Part shown: positions 1 to 12,077 of the stretch, piece by piece
How the letters are laid out: the number at the start of each line of letters is the position of its first letter
How positions within the stretch are numbered: position 1 is the stretch's first letter
Origin: Eledone cirrhosa
Taxonomy: Eukaryota
Direction of reading: 5' to 3'
Assembly: GCA_964016885.1 (NCBI GenBank)
Contig: OZ024763.1
Span: 6,882,001 to 6,946,000, forward strand
DNA: 64,000 nucleotides
Translations under genes and position numbers: made by a program
Notes under the pieces: model-generated
Databases searched by the model: none
What the model saw: the letters and a program-made list of their open reading frames with translations, nothing else
What the model was told of the DNA's origin: nothing

Positions 1-45
1 ATAAAAATATAAGTATTAATAAAATAGATGTTCTTTTGATCAATT

Positions 46-102
46 ACATTTTATTATACATATTTCGGATGTACAACAGTACGTCCTCATCAGACAAAAT
101 AT
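46..102 (-). ncRNA. Minimal type I hammerhead ribozyme motif (Penelope-associated type)
   Basis: Minus strand reads ATATTTTGT-CTGATGA-GGACGTAC-TGTT-GTACATCC-GAA-ATA-TG-TAT-A/ATAAAATGT. This gives an intact CUGAUGA/GAAA core, stem II 8 bp with one mismatch, a tiny near-palindromic stem III, an AUA cleavage triplet and stem I of about 9 bp including G-U pairs. Confidence 0.7.
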
Positions 103-166
103 AATGATACATGACATACCCTGAGATGTTAAATGGTTAAGATTTAATCAATATATATTTGAAAAC

Positions 167-545
167 CATAGACAGTGTCTTTCATTAGAAATATGGTAAT
201 GAAAGGGTTAATGACATAGACAGTGTCTTTCATTAGAAATATGGTAATGAAAGGGTTAAGACATATGTAGTGTCTTTCATTAGAAATATTGTAATGAAAG
301 GGTTAAAGACATAGACAGTGTCTTTCATTAGAAATATGGTAATGAAAGGGTTAAGACATATGTAGTGTCTTTCATTAGAAATATTGTAATGAAAGGGTTA
401 AAGACATAGACAGTGTCTTTCATTAGAAATATGGTAATGAAAGGGTTAATGACATAGACAGTGTCTTTCATTAGAAATATGGCAATGAAAGGGTTAAAGA
501 CATAGACAGTGTCTTTCATTAGAAATATGGTAATGAAGGGGTTAA
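167..545 (-). repeat. 48-bp minisatellite (about 8 units) derived from the left end of a TTAA-ended MITE
   Basis: Reverse complement of TTAACCCTTTCATTACCATATTTCTAATGAAAGACACTGTCTATGTC(A/T); same unit as the arrays at 28817 and 51506. Confidence 0.9.
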
Positions 546-625
546 AAGAAGCCCCTTTTGTTCACAATGACCCTGTTTCTATTGTTATTTAATTCAGCTT
601 TGACTCTTCAGTAATATTGACATTA

Positions 626-671
<46 letters not shown>

Positions 672-879
672 CAAGAAAGAAGAGTGACACGGTTTGCGAT
701 ACAATAAGGGCTTTATTCACATTGCTGACAATTGTATCTCCGAGCTGGTAGGTCTAGAGATCGCTACCCGCCTGTTTCTGTGTCAATCGATCACCAATAC
801 TTTGTTATAACCAGTCAATTGATCAGAGCTTGGGAGATTACATCTAAATGGACTACATATAACAATAATTTGTTATCCC

Positions 880-939
<60 letters not shown>

Positions 940-1042
940 ATAAATTAACGGAGGCATAGGCCGTCGTTATATATATATATGAAAGCGTGGAATATGGATG
1001 TTAAACGATGATGATGATGATATATATATATATATATATATC

Positions 1043-1110
<68 letters not shown>

Positions 1111-1191
1111 CATATATATATATACATACATATATATATATACATATATATATACATACATATATATATATATATACATATATATACATAC

Positions 1192-1246
<55 letters not shown>

Positions 1247-1784
1247 CATATATGTATATACATACATATATATATACATACATTTCATTTTTTCATTTCA
1301 TTTTACGTCCACTTTTCCCTGCTTGCAAGGGTGGGATGGGAATTGTATATATATATATATATATACATACATATATATATATACATACATATATATATAT
1401 ACATACATATATATATATATATATATGTATGTATATATATATATATATGTATGTATATATATCTATGTATGTATGTATGTATATCTATGCATGTATGTAT
1501 ATATATATATACATACATGCATAGATATACATACATCGATGTATCTATGTATGTATGTACACACACATATATATATATATACACACACACAACCTGTGAG
1601 ATATTCTTTATGATTTAGGGTGTGTCTGGAACCCCTTTAAAATCAGGTATTTGTTTCTTTCATTATCTAGGTTATGGGGGCTTTAGTTGTAACATCTGAC
1701 CTAGATCAAATCTGTTAACCCCATTTTTAAAAAAATTAAACCTCTTCTCTCTTAACCCTATAATACTCTAAAGTTTCAACAGAG

Positions 1785-2090
1785 ATTTCTAATTTAGGCA
1801 CAAGGCCAGAAAATTTGGGAGAGTGGCATAAACTATTAAATGAACCCCAGTACTTGATTGGTACTTTATTTCATCAAACCCTAGCAGGGTGAAGAACAAA
1901 TTAGATTCTAAAAGGCCAGAAATGTTTGAAGAGGGGCAAAAAAGTTTAAATTAATCCCAGTACTCGACTGGTACTTTGTTTTATTATCAACCCCCAGAAG
2001 GGTAAATGGCAAATGTGACCTCTGTGGGATTTGAACTCAGTATAGAGTCAAGACAAATATCACAATGGCATTTTATCCAAAACTCCCAAT
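1785..2090 (-). mobile_element. Two decayed fragments of tRNA-derived SINE family A
   Basis: Reverse-complement hallmarks GGCACAAGGCCAG, ACTGGTACTTTATTT and GGGATTTGAACTCAG (B box). Confidence 0.75.
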
Positions 2091-2099
2091 TCTACTTTA

Positions 2100-2381
2100 A
2101 AACCAACAGTTTTATATCATAGAACAAGGGCTGGGTTCAGATGGTTTGGAACATAACTTAACAAAGGTTCTTACATGAAATTATGATGGAAGGTTTTTAA
2201 ATAAATATAAACAGTTTTGTATCATAGAACCAGGGATGGGTTCAATTGGTTTGGAACATAACTTAACAAAGGTTCTTACATAAAGTTATGATGGAAGGTT
2301 TATTTAAATATAAACACTTTAAAATAAACAGCTTCAGAGAACCAGGGGCAATTTCAGGCTGTTCCCATATCAAAAGGGTTA
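2100..2381 (+). mobile_element. Right-end fragments of the piggyBac-type MITE (internally duplicated)
   Basis: GGAACATAACTTAACAAAGGTTCTTACA occurs twice; ends ATCAAAAGGG-TTAA as in the complete copy at 48270-48502. Confidence 0.7.
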
Positions 2382-3465
2382 AAATATTGATGTCCTGTTT
2401 TGTTTTGTTTGGTGTAGCCCCCTAATTGGATTAAATTGTTGGCCTTAATCCCCTTATTATCTCCTTATAACCTCTACTTATCCCATTTATATTTACAGAT
2501 CCTTTAAAACTATTTAACACCCTAACTTCTAAATTACAACAAAAATCCATGTTAGACAATTTTATATTTACAGTTGAAAATGTCTCCCGCCCCCCTCCCC
2601 TTCACTGCCTTCCATTTCACCTCTGCCTTCACCTCTTCAACTACCTCTTACTTCGACCATCTCATATCCCAGGCTCTCTCTCTCTCCTCTTAGTCTCTCA
2701 GTCCCCCCCACTCTCTCCTCTTAGTCTCTCAGTCCCCCCCCACTCTCTCTCTCCTCTTAGTCTCTCAGTCCCCCCCTCTCTCTCTCCTCTTAGTCTCTCA
2801 GTCCCCACCCCTCTCTCTCTTTGTCTTTCTCTCACTCTCTCTTTATCTCCTTTTCTCTCACCACCTCTCTTATCTATCTATCTATCACTTCTCTCTGTCT
2901 CTCTCCCCCCTCTCTCTCCCTAACACAGTCACTTCCTTTCTCACCTTCTGTCCTCCATCTCTCTCCATCTTCCTCTCTCCCTCTTCCTCTCTCTCACACA
3001 CAGTCTCTTTATTTCCATCACTGCCCCCCCCCCCTGTCCCTCTCTGTTCCAGAAGTTTCCAGGCCACACACAATAACATCAACAGTTGAGTGACCTGACC
3101 TGACCAATCCTTCTGTTGTAGTTTTACAGAACAACCTCTTTCTTTTACACTGACCTCACCTAGATATACAGACCCCCATCCCCCACACCCTCACCTCCAC
3201 ACCTGCCCTACCACCACCGCCACCACCAACACCACCACTACTATCACCAACACCACCACCAACAACAACAACAACGCCACCACCACCACCAACAACACCA
3301 CCACCACCAACAACAATAAGACCACCAACACCAACAACATTTATTTTACACAAAAAACCCTCACTGTCTCATCCTGTTCTGTCTTTAATGTCTTCTTAAT
3401 GTGAGCCCTGTGTGGTTAATAAAGAAATTATTATTATTATTATTATTATTATTTGGATTGGCAAA

Positions 3466-3900
3466 GGGCGGTGGATTGGCAGTATCGGACACCATGCTTT
3501 CCAGCATAGAGTTACGCCCCTTTATAATTTGAGTTCAAATCCCGCCGAGGTTAACTTTGCCTTTCATCTTTAAGGGGTCGATAAAATAAAGTACCAGTAA
3601 TACACTGGGGTAATTGCTGGCCTTGTGCCAATAGTAGAAAGTACCAGTAATACACTGGAGTAATTGCTGGCTTTGTGCCAAAAGTAGAAACAATTATTAT
3701 TATTATTATTATTATTGTTGGCAGTACTCGGTAGAGTGTCAGACGAAATGCTTTGCTGTATTTATTTAGCTGTGATGTTCTACATTCTGAGTTCAAAACC
3801 CATGAAGGTCAACTCCCATCTTTCATCCTTCCGAGGGGGTTCAATAAATTGAAGTACCCCCCCCCCCCTCACTAATTGCTGGCCTTATTCCAGAAAGTTA
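3466..3900 (+). mobile_element. Two tandem copies of tRNA-derived SINE family A
   Basis: A-box-like TGGCAGTATCGG, B box GAGTTCAAATCCC, central GCCTTTCATC...GGGGTCGATAAAATAAAGTACCAG, tail TTGCTGGCCTTGTGCC followed by (TTA)n. Confidence 0.85.
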
Positions 3901-4022
3901 GAAAGAATTATTTTTATTTTTCCCACCATTAGAGACCAACAATTTCCTACTAAAGTTGGCGTCTGCTATTCCAGGACTGTATTGGTTATTTTTAAATTGA
4001 AACCCTAAACATGGGATTGGTG

Positions 4023-4775
4023 TTAGTAGTGGTGGTGGTGTGGTGGTGGTGGTAGTGGTGGTAGTGGTGGTGTGGTGGTGGTGGTGGTGGTGTGGTGGTG
4101 GTGGTGGTGGTGGAGTGGTGGTGTGGTGGTGGTGTAGCGGTGGTAGTGGTGGTGTGGTGGTGTGGTGGTGGTGGTAGTGGTGGTAGTGGTGGTAGTGGTG
4201 GTGTGGTGGTGGTGGTGGTGGTGTGGTGGTGGTGTAGTGGTGGTGTGGTGGTGGTGTAGCGGTGGTAGTGGTGGTGTGGTGGTGTGGTGGTGGTGGTAGT
4301 GGTGGTGTGGTGGTGTGGTGGTGGTGGTGGTGGTGGTGTAGTGTGGTGTAGTGTGGTGGTGGTGGTGGTGGTGGTGGTGGTGTAGTAGTGGTGGTGGTGG
4401 TGGTTGATGGGTCATAGGTCACACCACCACTACCACCACCACCACCATCACCACTACCACTACCACCACCACTACCACCACCACCACCACCACCATCACC
4501 ACTACTACTACTACCACCGCTACTATGTTAATGTTTCCTAACTATATAACTATACAGGATATTGCTGGAAGTTGAATTATTATACCATTATGTCTGGCCA
4601 AGTGGTGGTGGTGGTGGTGGTGGTGGTGGTGGTGGTGGCGGTGGTGGTGGTGGTGGTGGTGGTGGTGGTGGTGGTGGTGGTGGTGGTGGTGGTGGAGGTG
4701 GTGGTGGTGGTGGTGGTGGTGGAGGTGGTGGTGGTGGTGGTGGTGGTGGTGGTGGTGGTGGTGGTGGTGGTGGTG
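4023..4775. repeat. (GGT)n / (ACC)n / (GGT)n trinucleotide tracts in alternating orientation
   Basis: Direct reading of the sequence; explains the poly-Gly, poly-Pro and poly-Val ORFs. Confidence 0.95.
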
Positions 4776-5022
4776 AGGATATAAATGGTAGAGGGTCTTT
4801 GTTGTTGTTGTTTAGCCCCGGGTCAACCATTATCCTGTAGACCTATGAAGAAAGCTGTCTGAACTGCGATCATCCTGTGTCGTGTTAGGCCAATGTAGCA
4901 TTGCTCTTCCTTACATAAGATGTCTGGATGTAATTCAAGTGAGATTTAGCTACTGTTTCTAGCAAGTCAAGTGACTATGTAGAGGTTCCCTCAATAGGCG
5001 TTGTTGTTGTTGTTGTTATTAT

Positions 5023-5360
5023 TGTGGTGGATTGGTAGTAATTGGTGGAGCGTCAGATATGATTTGTGGCATAGAGTTATGGCCCTTTGCACTCTGAGTT
5101 CAAATCCTGCCAAGGTTAACTTTACCTTTCATCCTTATGGGGGGGGGGTCAGTAAAATATAGTACCAGTAACGTACTGGAGTCGATTTAATCGACTTTCC
5201 CTCCCCAAAATTGCTGGCCTTGTGCCTATATCAGAAACTATTATTAATGTAATAAAGGGTGATGGATGAGCTGTAATCATATATTTTGCGGTATAGAGTT
5301 GAGGCCCTTTACGTTCTGAGTTCAAATCCCGCCGAGGTTAGATTTGCCTTTCATCTTTAC
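5023..5360 (+). mobile_element. SINE family A, one near-complete and one partial copy
   Basis: GAGTTCAAATCC B box and central/tail motifs as at 3466. Confidence 0.8.
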
Positions 5361-5611
5361 AAAGCTGTATCATAGAACCATGTGTGGTTTCATTTGTGAG
5401 GTGGTATTTTTACCAAATCTAGTCAGAACCAGTTCTGGTTCTATGAAATAAAACCACCCATTTTAGAGGTTTCCAATTTAAATTAACATAATTTTATATA
5501 AAAACGTATAAGTTAGTATCTTAGTAATGAAATAATTAATAATTTTAGTAAATACCTCAAAATTCTTCATTAATTAATTGAAGAAATACAGGCTTCCTAT
5601 CTAAATATAAT

Positions 5612-5799
5612 TGTTTCTACTTTAGGCACAAGGCCAGCAATTATCCCAGTGCATTACTGGTACTTTATTTTATCGACCCCGTAAGGATGAAAGGCAAAGT
5701 CAACCTCGGCAGGATTTGAACTCAGATCGTAAAGGGCCGTAACTCTGCTGGAAAGCATGGCGTCCGACCCTCTACCGATACTGCCAATCCACTGCCCTG
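5612..5799 (-). mobile_element. Full-length SINE family A with 12-bp target-site duplication
   Basis: Complete reverse-complement copy flanked on both sides by TCTAAATATAAT (5600-5611 and 5800-5811). Confidence 0.9.
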
Positions 5800-6760
5800 T
5801 CTAAATATAATATCTTCCAATATTATATAAGAACCTTATGTTAATTTACTATTTTAGTAATGAAATCAAATCCCGCCGAGGTTAACTTTTCCTTTCATCC
5901 TTACGGGGTCGATAAAATAAAGTACCAGTCACGCACTGGGGTCGATTTAATCGACTTTCCCCTCCCCAAAATTGGTGGCCTTGTGCCTATATAAGAAACC
6001 ACTATTTTAGTAATTAAATAATTAATAATTTTAGTAAATCTATCAAAATTCTTCTTCACTTACTTATTCCTGAGAGAGTTGTGGGGTCAGAGTCCTTATA
6101 GATTCCCTTCAGTGGGTCCTGTCAGAAGCAACCATCTCCAACTGATCTGGTTGGATCCCACACAATTCTTCATTAATTAATTGAAGTGTCTCATTAGAAA
6201 TACGCTCATAAAAGGGTTAACAGTTTTGTATCATAGAAGCAGGGTGGTTGTATTTAAAAGGATAACTTAAACACATTCAAAATAAACAGTTTTGTATCAT
6301 AGAAGCAGGGGTTGACATCAAAAGGGTTCGTGATATTCAATATATTATCAATGGGGTAGATTTATCTGGAAAAAAAAAAAAATTTAAATTAAAGAATTTT
6401 TGTGAATTCAAGAAAATTTATGAGATTTTTACCATTCCAGATTTTTGGGCTTAAAAAAAAATTTTTTCTTTGCTTATTCATTATTTTTGGAAGTTTTAAG
6501 TTAATTAGCATACTTTAATTAACTGTGATATATATTAATTAGTTAAGCTAATCCATTCAGTTATTGGTATTTAACCCATTGATTTCTTCTGTAATAAGCT
6601 GCAGTCTTATGTGAGGAGGGAGGGGGAAGAGGTGTTGGGGAGGGGTTTCTTTTGCTTTTGAAATATATCATCATCATCATCATCATAGTCATCATCATCA
6701 TCATCATAGTCATCATCATGCTTTTACTTCCATTCTCCATGCTGGCATTGGTTGGACATG

Positions 6761-6861
<101 letters not shown>

Positions 6862-7077
6862 TAATGATTAGATGGTGTAATAGATAGGATATATATATAT
6901 ATATGTATGTATAATATGTCTGGTATGGGGATTGTATGAATAGAATTTTACTGATTTCCTGTGCATGTATATATATATATACACATATATATATACATAT
7001 ATATATATATGTGTATATACATATATATATATATATATATACACATATATATATATATACATATATATATATATGTG

Positions 7078-7175
<98 letters not shown>

Positions 7176-7348
7176 TATGATGCATATATATATATATACA
7201 TATGTGTGTATGTGTGTGTGTGCATAAATATTTCCTGTGGAAATATTTTCTGTTTGTATTACAACATTCCATCTTGTTTTAACTTGGTCACCTTTTATAC
7301 ACACTCTCTCTAGTGGTGTGTGTATATATATAGGTGTGTATATATGTA

Positions 7349-7390
<42 letters not shown>

Positions 7391-7407
7391 TGTGTATATA
7401 TGTATGT

Positions 7408-7446
<39 letters not shown>

Positions 7447-7460
7447 TGTGTATATATGTA

Positions 7461-7500
<40 letters not shown>

Positions 7501-7635
7501 TGTGTATATATGTATGTCTATATATATATATATATAGGTGTGTATATATGTATGTCTATATATATATATATAGGTGTGTATATATGTATGTCTATATATA
7601 TATATATATGTGTTTGTATGTGTATATAGGTAGGT

Positions 7636-7666
<31 letters not shown>

Positions 7667-7707
7667 CATATATGTGTGTATGTGTATATAGATAGGTGTG
7701 TATATAA

Positions 7708-7741
<34 letters not shown>

Positions 7742-7976
7742 ATGTGTATATAGATACGTGTATATATATGTGTATGTATATATATATGTATACATATATG
7801 TCTATGTATATATATATATATACCCACATATATATATATGTATACATATATGTGTGTATGTGTATATAGATACGTGTATATATATATATATGTATACATA
7901 TATGTCTATGTATATATATATATATATACCCACATATATATAGGTATGTATATATATATATGTATATATTTATATG

Positions 7977-8030
<54 letters not shown>

Positions 8031-8865
8031 TATGTATACATATATATGTATACATATATGTGTGTATGTGTATACAAATGTGTGTGTATGTGTGTATATA
8101 GGTATGTGTATATGTGTGTGCATGTCTTCCCTAGTACTGTTCCTTCCTCTCTGCTGCAGCCAAGAGGAAGACACACACATTTGTGTGTGTATGTATATAT
8201 ATGTGTGTGTGTATTTGTGTATATATATGTGTGTGTGTATTTGTGTATATATATGTGTGTGTGTATTTGTGTATATATATGTGTGAGTGTATTTGTGTAT
8301 ATATATGTGTGTGTATTTGTGTATATATATGTGTGTATGTATATATATATATGTGTGTGAGTGTATTTGTGTATATATATGTGTGTGTATTTGTGTATAT
8401 ATATGTGTGTATGTATATATATATATGTGTGTGTGTGTATTTGTGTATATATATATGTGTGTGTGTATTTGTGAATATATGTGTGTATGTATATATATAT
8501 GTGTGTGTGTATTTGTGTATAAATATGTGTGTGTGTATTTGTGTGTGCATGTATATATATATATATATATGTGAGTGTATTTGTGTATATATATGTGTGA
8601 GTGTATTTGTGTATATATATGTGTGTGTATTTGTGTATATATATGTGTGTATGTATATATATATATGTGTGTGTGTGTATTTGTGTATATATATATGTGT
8701 GTGTGTATTTGTGAATATATGTGTGTATGTATATATATATGTGTGTGTGTGTATTTGTGTATAAATATGTGTGTGTGTATTTGTGTGTGCATGTATATAT
8801 ATATATATATATGTGAGTGTATTTGTGTATATATATGTGTGAGTGTGTGGTTACAATAACATTAA

Positions 8866-9138
8866 CTTCTTCTTCTTTTTGGGAGGGAGGGCCGTGGTAA
8901 GTCAAAGTCCTCAAACACTCCTTCCAGCGGGCCCTGTCAGAAGTAGCTGTCTCCAACTGATCTGGCTGGATCCCTAAATGTGACCAGCCAAGCTCATGGC
9001 TATCATCCAGTCATATTGTACAGGGTCTACCTCTGGGTTTCCTGACAGTTAGTTTTGCCCTTAAAATGTTTCCACCCATATTTTCCCTGAAACATTCTAA
9101 CCACATGTCTGTAATATCGGAGCTGTGATCTCTCAATT

Positions 9139-9140
<2 letters not shown>
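8866..9140 (-). mobile_element. RTE-clade LINE 3' fragment with (GAA)n tail
   Basis: Minus-strand translation includes GRP...W...LETATSDRARWKECLR, a typical RTE ORF C-terminus. Related pieces lie at 6050-6160, 42368-42610 and 43195-43290. Confidence 0.7.
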
Positions 9141-9175
<35 letters not shown>

Positions 9176-9196
9176 CTATTCTCTATTCTAAGGCGG

Positions 9197-9450
9197 TTAA
9201 AATTCCTGAGATCCATGGACGAGTTCTCTCCAGCGATCTCTGTCCCTCATTATCGCTGCCATGTCCCGCGTCTCCAACAGACCAGTGTCTGTCCTTAGGG
9301 CATCAACATGTGTTAACCTTGGTCTTCCTCTTCTAGTGTGTCCATGTAGGGGCTCCCAAAGGAGCACTGAGTGCAATGTCAACTCTGGATGTTGGTGAGC
9401 ATGTCCAGCTAACCTCAGTCTCCTCTGTGTCACTTTTGAGCTGACTTTTA
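9197..9450 (-). mobile_element. RTE-like LINE ORF C-terminal fragment (second family)
   Basis: QRRLRLAGHAHQHPE...LLWEPLHGHTRRGRPRLTHVDAL...MRDRDRWR matches the RRLRxxGH / GRP / DRxxWR C-terminal pattern. Confidence 0.8.
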
Positions 9451-9565
9451 TATTTATATATGTTTAATACAATTATAAATATGGAGGGTAGTACTAGTAC
9501 TAGCTGGTTATCGGTATGACAAAAGGTTCAATGCAAATTTTCAAGTGTTTTACAGAGCCGAGATA

Positions 9566-9867
9566 CAAAATGTTAAAACGATCAAATTTTAGTTTAGAAC
9601 ATTTATTAGCTGACAATTGTTTCTTCCAGAGGGAAGTGTGGAATCATCAGAGCAGAGGGGATGTTGAAACATGTAACTAAAATCCTAGTCATTCAGAACA
9701 TTTAGGGTACTGTTCAGAACGTTTAGGGTACTGTTCTAAATGACTAGGATTCTAGTTACACATTCTCGACATTCCTTATGCTCCGATGATTCCAGACTTC
9801 CCTCTGGAAGAAACAATTGTCAGCTAATAAATGTTCTAAACTAAAATTTGATCGTTTTAACATTTTG
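9566..9867. repeat. About 300-bp fold-back inverted repeat with a hammerhead ribozyme motif in each arm
   Basis: Arms of about 135 bp; the outer about 70 bp are perfectly complementary. Minus 9609-9653: GCT-CTGATGA-TTCCACA-CTTCCC-TCTGGAA-GAA-ACAATTGT-C/AGC. Plus 9780-9824 is the same with CCGATGA and a perfect stem II. Confidence 0.8.
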
Positions 9868-9912
<45 letters not shown>

Positions 9913-10310
9913 ATTAGAAAGTGAACAACACAAAATATAACTACTCCATTACCAAAGATTTCTGGATCCCAGACAATATTAACATACGTCTGGCGTAGGA
10001 CAGAACAAAGGAGAGGCACAAAAACAAAGAAAAGAATCCCCAGTCACTGAAGAGGTCACAGAATGTGTGACGAAAGAACTTTGACAATATATAAACAACC
10101 ATCTGGTTGTGAAACCAACCAACCAACCAACCGGAAATTTATAAATTCCTAAATTTATAAATTTATTATACTAAATTGAAGTGAAAGCAACTGGTGCGTG
10201 TGTTTCTTATTGGCAACATGACCCTCCCAGAGTATAACAATATTGGTTTCAACACACGATTTCAGATAAAGAATCTTGCTAAACAAATTCAGAAACGAAA
10301 TATGTATACA

Positions 10311-10356
<46 letters not shown>

Positions 10357-10861
10357 ATATATATATATGTATATATGTACATATATACATATATATATGT
10401 ACATATATACATATATATATATGTATATCTATACATATATATATGTATACATATATATATGTATATCTATACATATATATATGTATATCTATACATATAT
10501 ATATGTATACATATATATATGTATATCTATACATATATATATGTATATCTATACATATATATATGTATATGTATACATATATATATATATATATACCATA
10601 TATATATATGTATGTATGTATATATATATATATTTATATAGAGAGAGGTGAGGGGGGTAGGGAAGTAGATGTAAGACATCTGGTAACCAATAGAGCTGTT
10701 CTCAGGTCAGACCTCATTGAAGTAATTAACAGCTGGGACAGATTTCATATTACATAATCTGGTGTGTAATATGGTGTGTAATATTACACACCATATGGGG
10801 GGTGGATGGGGGGGGGGTGACTGGGACTGTGTGTGTGGGGGGGACTGGGACTGTGTGACTA

Positions 10862-11205
10862 TGTATGTGGCTGTGTGTAACACTGTCTGTGACTGTGACT
10901 GACTGTGACTGTCTGTGTGTAACACTGTCTGTGACTGTGACTGTGACTGTGTGTGTAATACTGTGTGTAACACTGTCTGTGTGTGTCTGTGACTGTGTGT
11001 GTAATACTGTGTGTAACACTGTCTGTGACTGTGACTGTCTGTGTGTGACTGTGTGTAACACTGTCTGTGACTGTGACTGTGACTGTGTGTGTAATACTGT
11101 GTGTAACACTGTCTGTGTGTGTCTGTGACTGTGTGTGTAATACTGTGTGTAACACTGTCTGTGACTGTGTGTGTCTGTGTGTGTGTAAAACTGACTGTGA
11201 CTGTA
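10862..11205. repeat. Complex GT-rich minisatellite (TGTGTAACACTGTCTGTGAC variants)
   Basis: Direct reading of the sequence. Confidence 0.85.
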
Positions 11206-11239
11206 CACATTGAAACACACTCATGTACACACACACATA

Positions 11240-11272
<33 letters not shown>

Positions 11273-11739
11273 TCATACACACACACACCCTCATACACAC
11301 ACCCACTCATACACACACACACACTCATACACACACACACACTCATACACACACACACACACACTCATACATACACACACAGATGCACTCACACTCATAC
11401 ACACATTCATACATACACACACACATAGATACACTCACACACACACACACACATACACACACTCACAGACACACACATATACACACTCTTACATTTGACT
11501 CTACATTTCACCAGGCATTGAGTACTACTATGGTTTGTGTCCTCCTCCCTAGTCTTCACACCTCGTAAGAACATGAGCTAGAATACTTTACAGTATTTGC
11601 TCCAGTTGTCTTTATTTCTCAGTTCAAACCCTGCGGGTGTCAGATTTGTCTGTCATCCTGTATTGTCGAACTGATTCAATTATGACTGAAATCTCGCTGC
11701 TCTTTCTAGCAGATGAGATGTCCAATTTTATCTATAATA

Positions 11740-12077
11740 ATCATCATCATTCATCATTTCATTTTACGTCCGCTTTTCCCTGCTTGCAAGGGTGGGACGG
11801 GAACTGATTCTGGTTTGATTTCTACAGCTGGATGCCCTTCCTAACACCAACCTCATTTACAGTGAGTGCTGGGTGCTTTTTTGCCGTGGCACCTCCACGA
11901 CCACTTTGCAGTGGAATGATAGGGACCCCAGTCCCTATCATCTCATTTCTACAGCTGAGTAAACTGGAGCAATGTGAAATAAAGTGTCTTGCTCAAGGAA
12001 ACAACACATCACCCGGTCTGAGAATTGAACTCACAACCTTTTGATTGCAAGTCCATTGCTCTAACCACTAAGCCATG
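11740..12077 (-). mobile_element. SINE family B: tRNA head, central domain and RTE-derived 3' tail
   Basis: Minus strand has TGGCTTAGTGGTTAGAGC (A box) and GAGTTCAATTCTC (B box), then TCCTTGAGCAAGACAC, then a tail matching the RTE 3' UTR (AGGAAGGGCATCCAGCTGTAGAAA) ending in (TGA)n. Near-identical to 46040-46390. Confidence 0.85.

Noticed and set aside
710-785. Minus-strand GATACAATTGTC/AGC resembling the 9.7-kb hammerhead 3' half
   Set aside because: GAAA is mutated and no CUGANGA core is present; at most a dead remnant.
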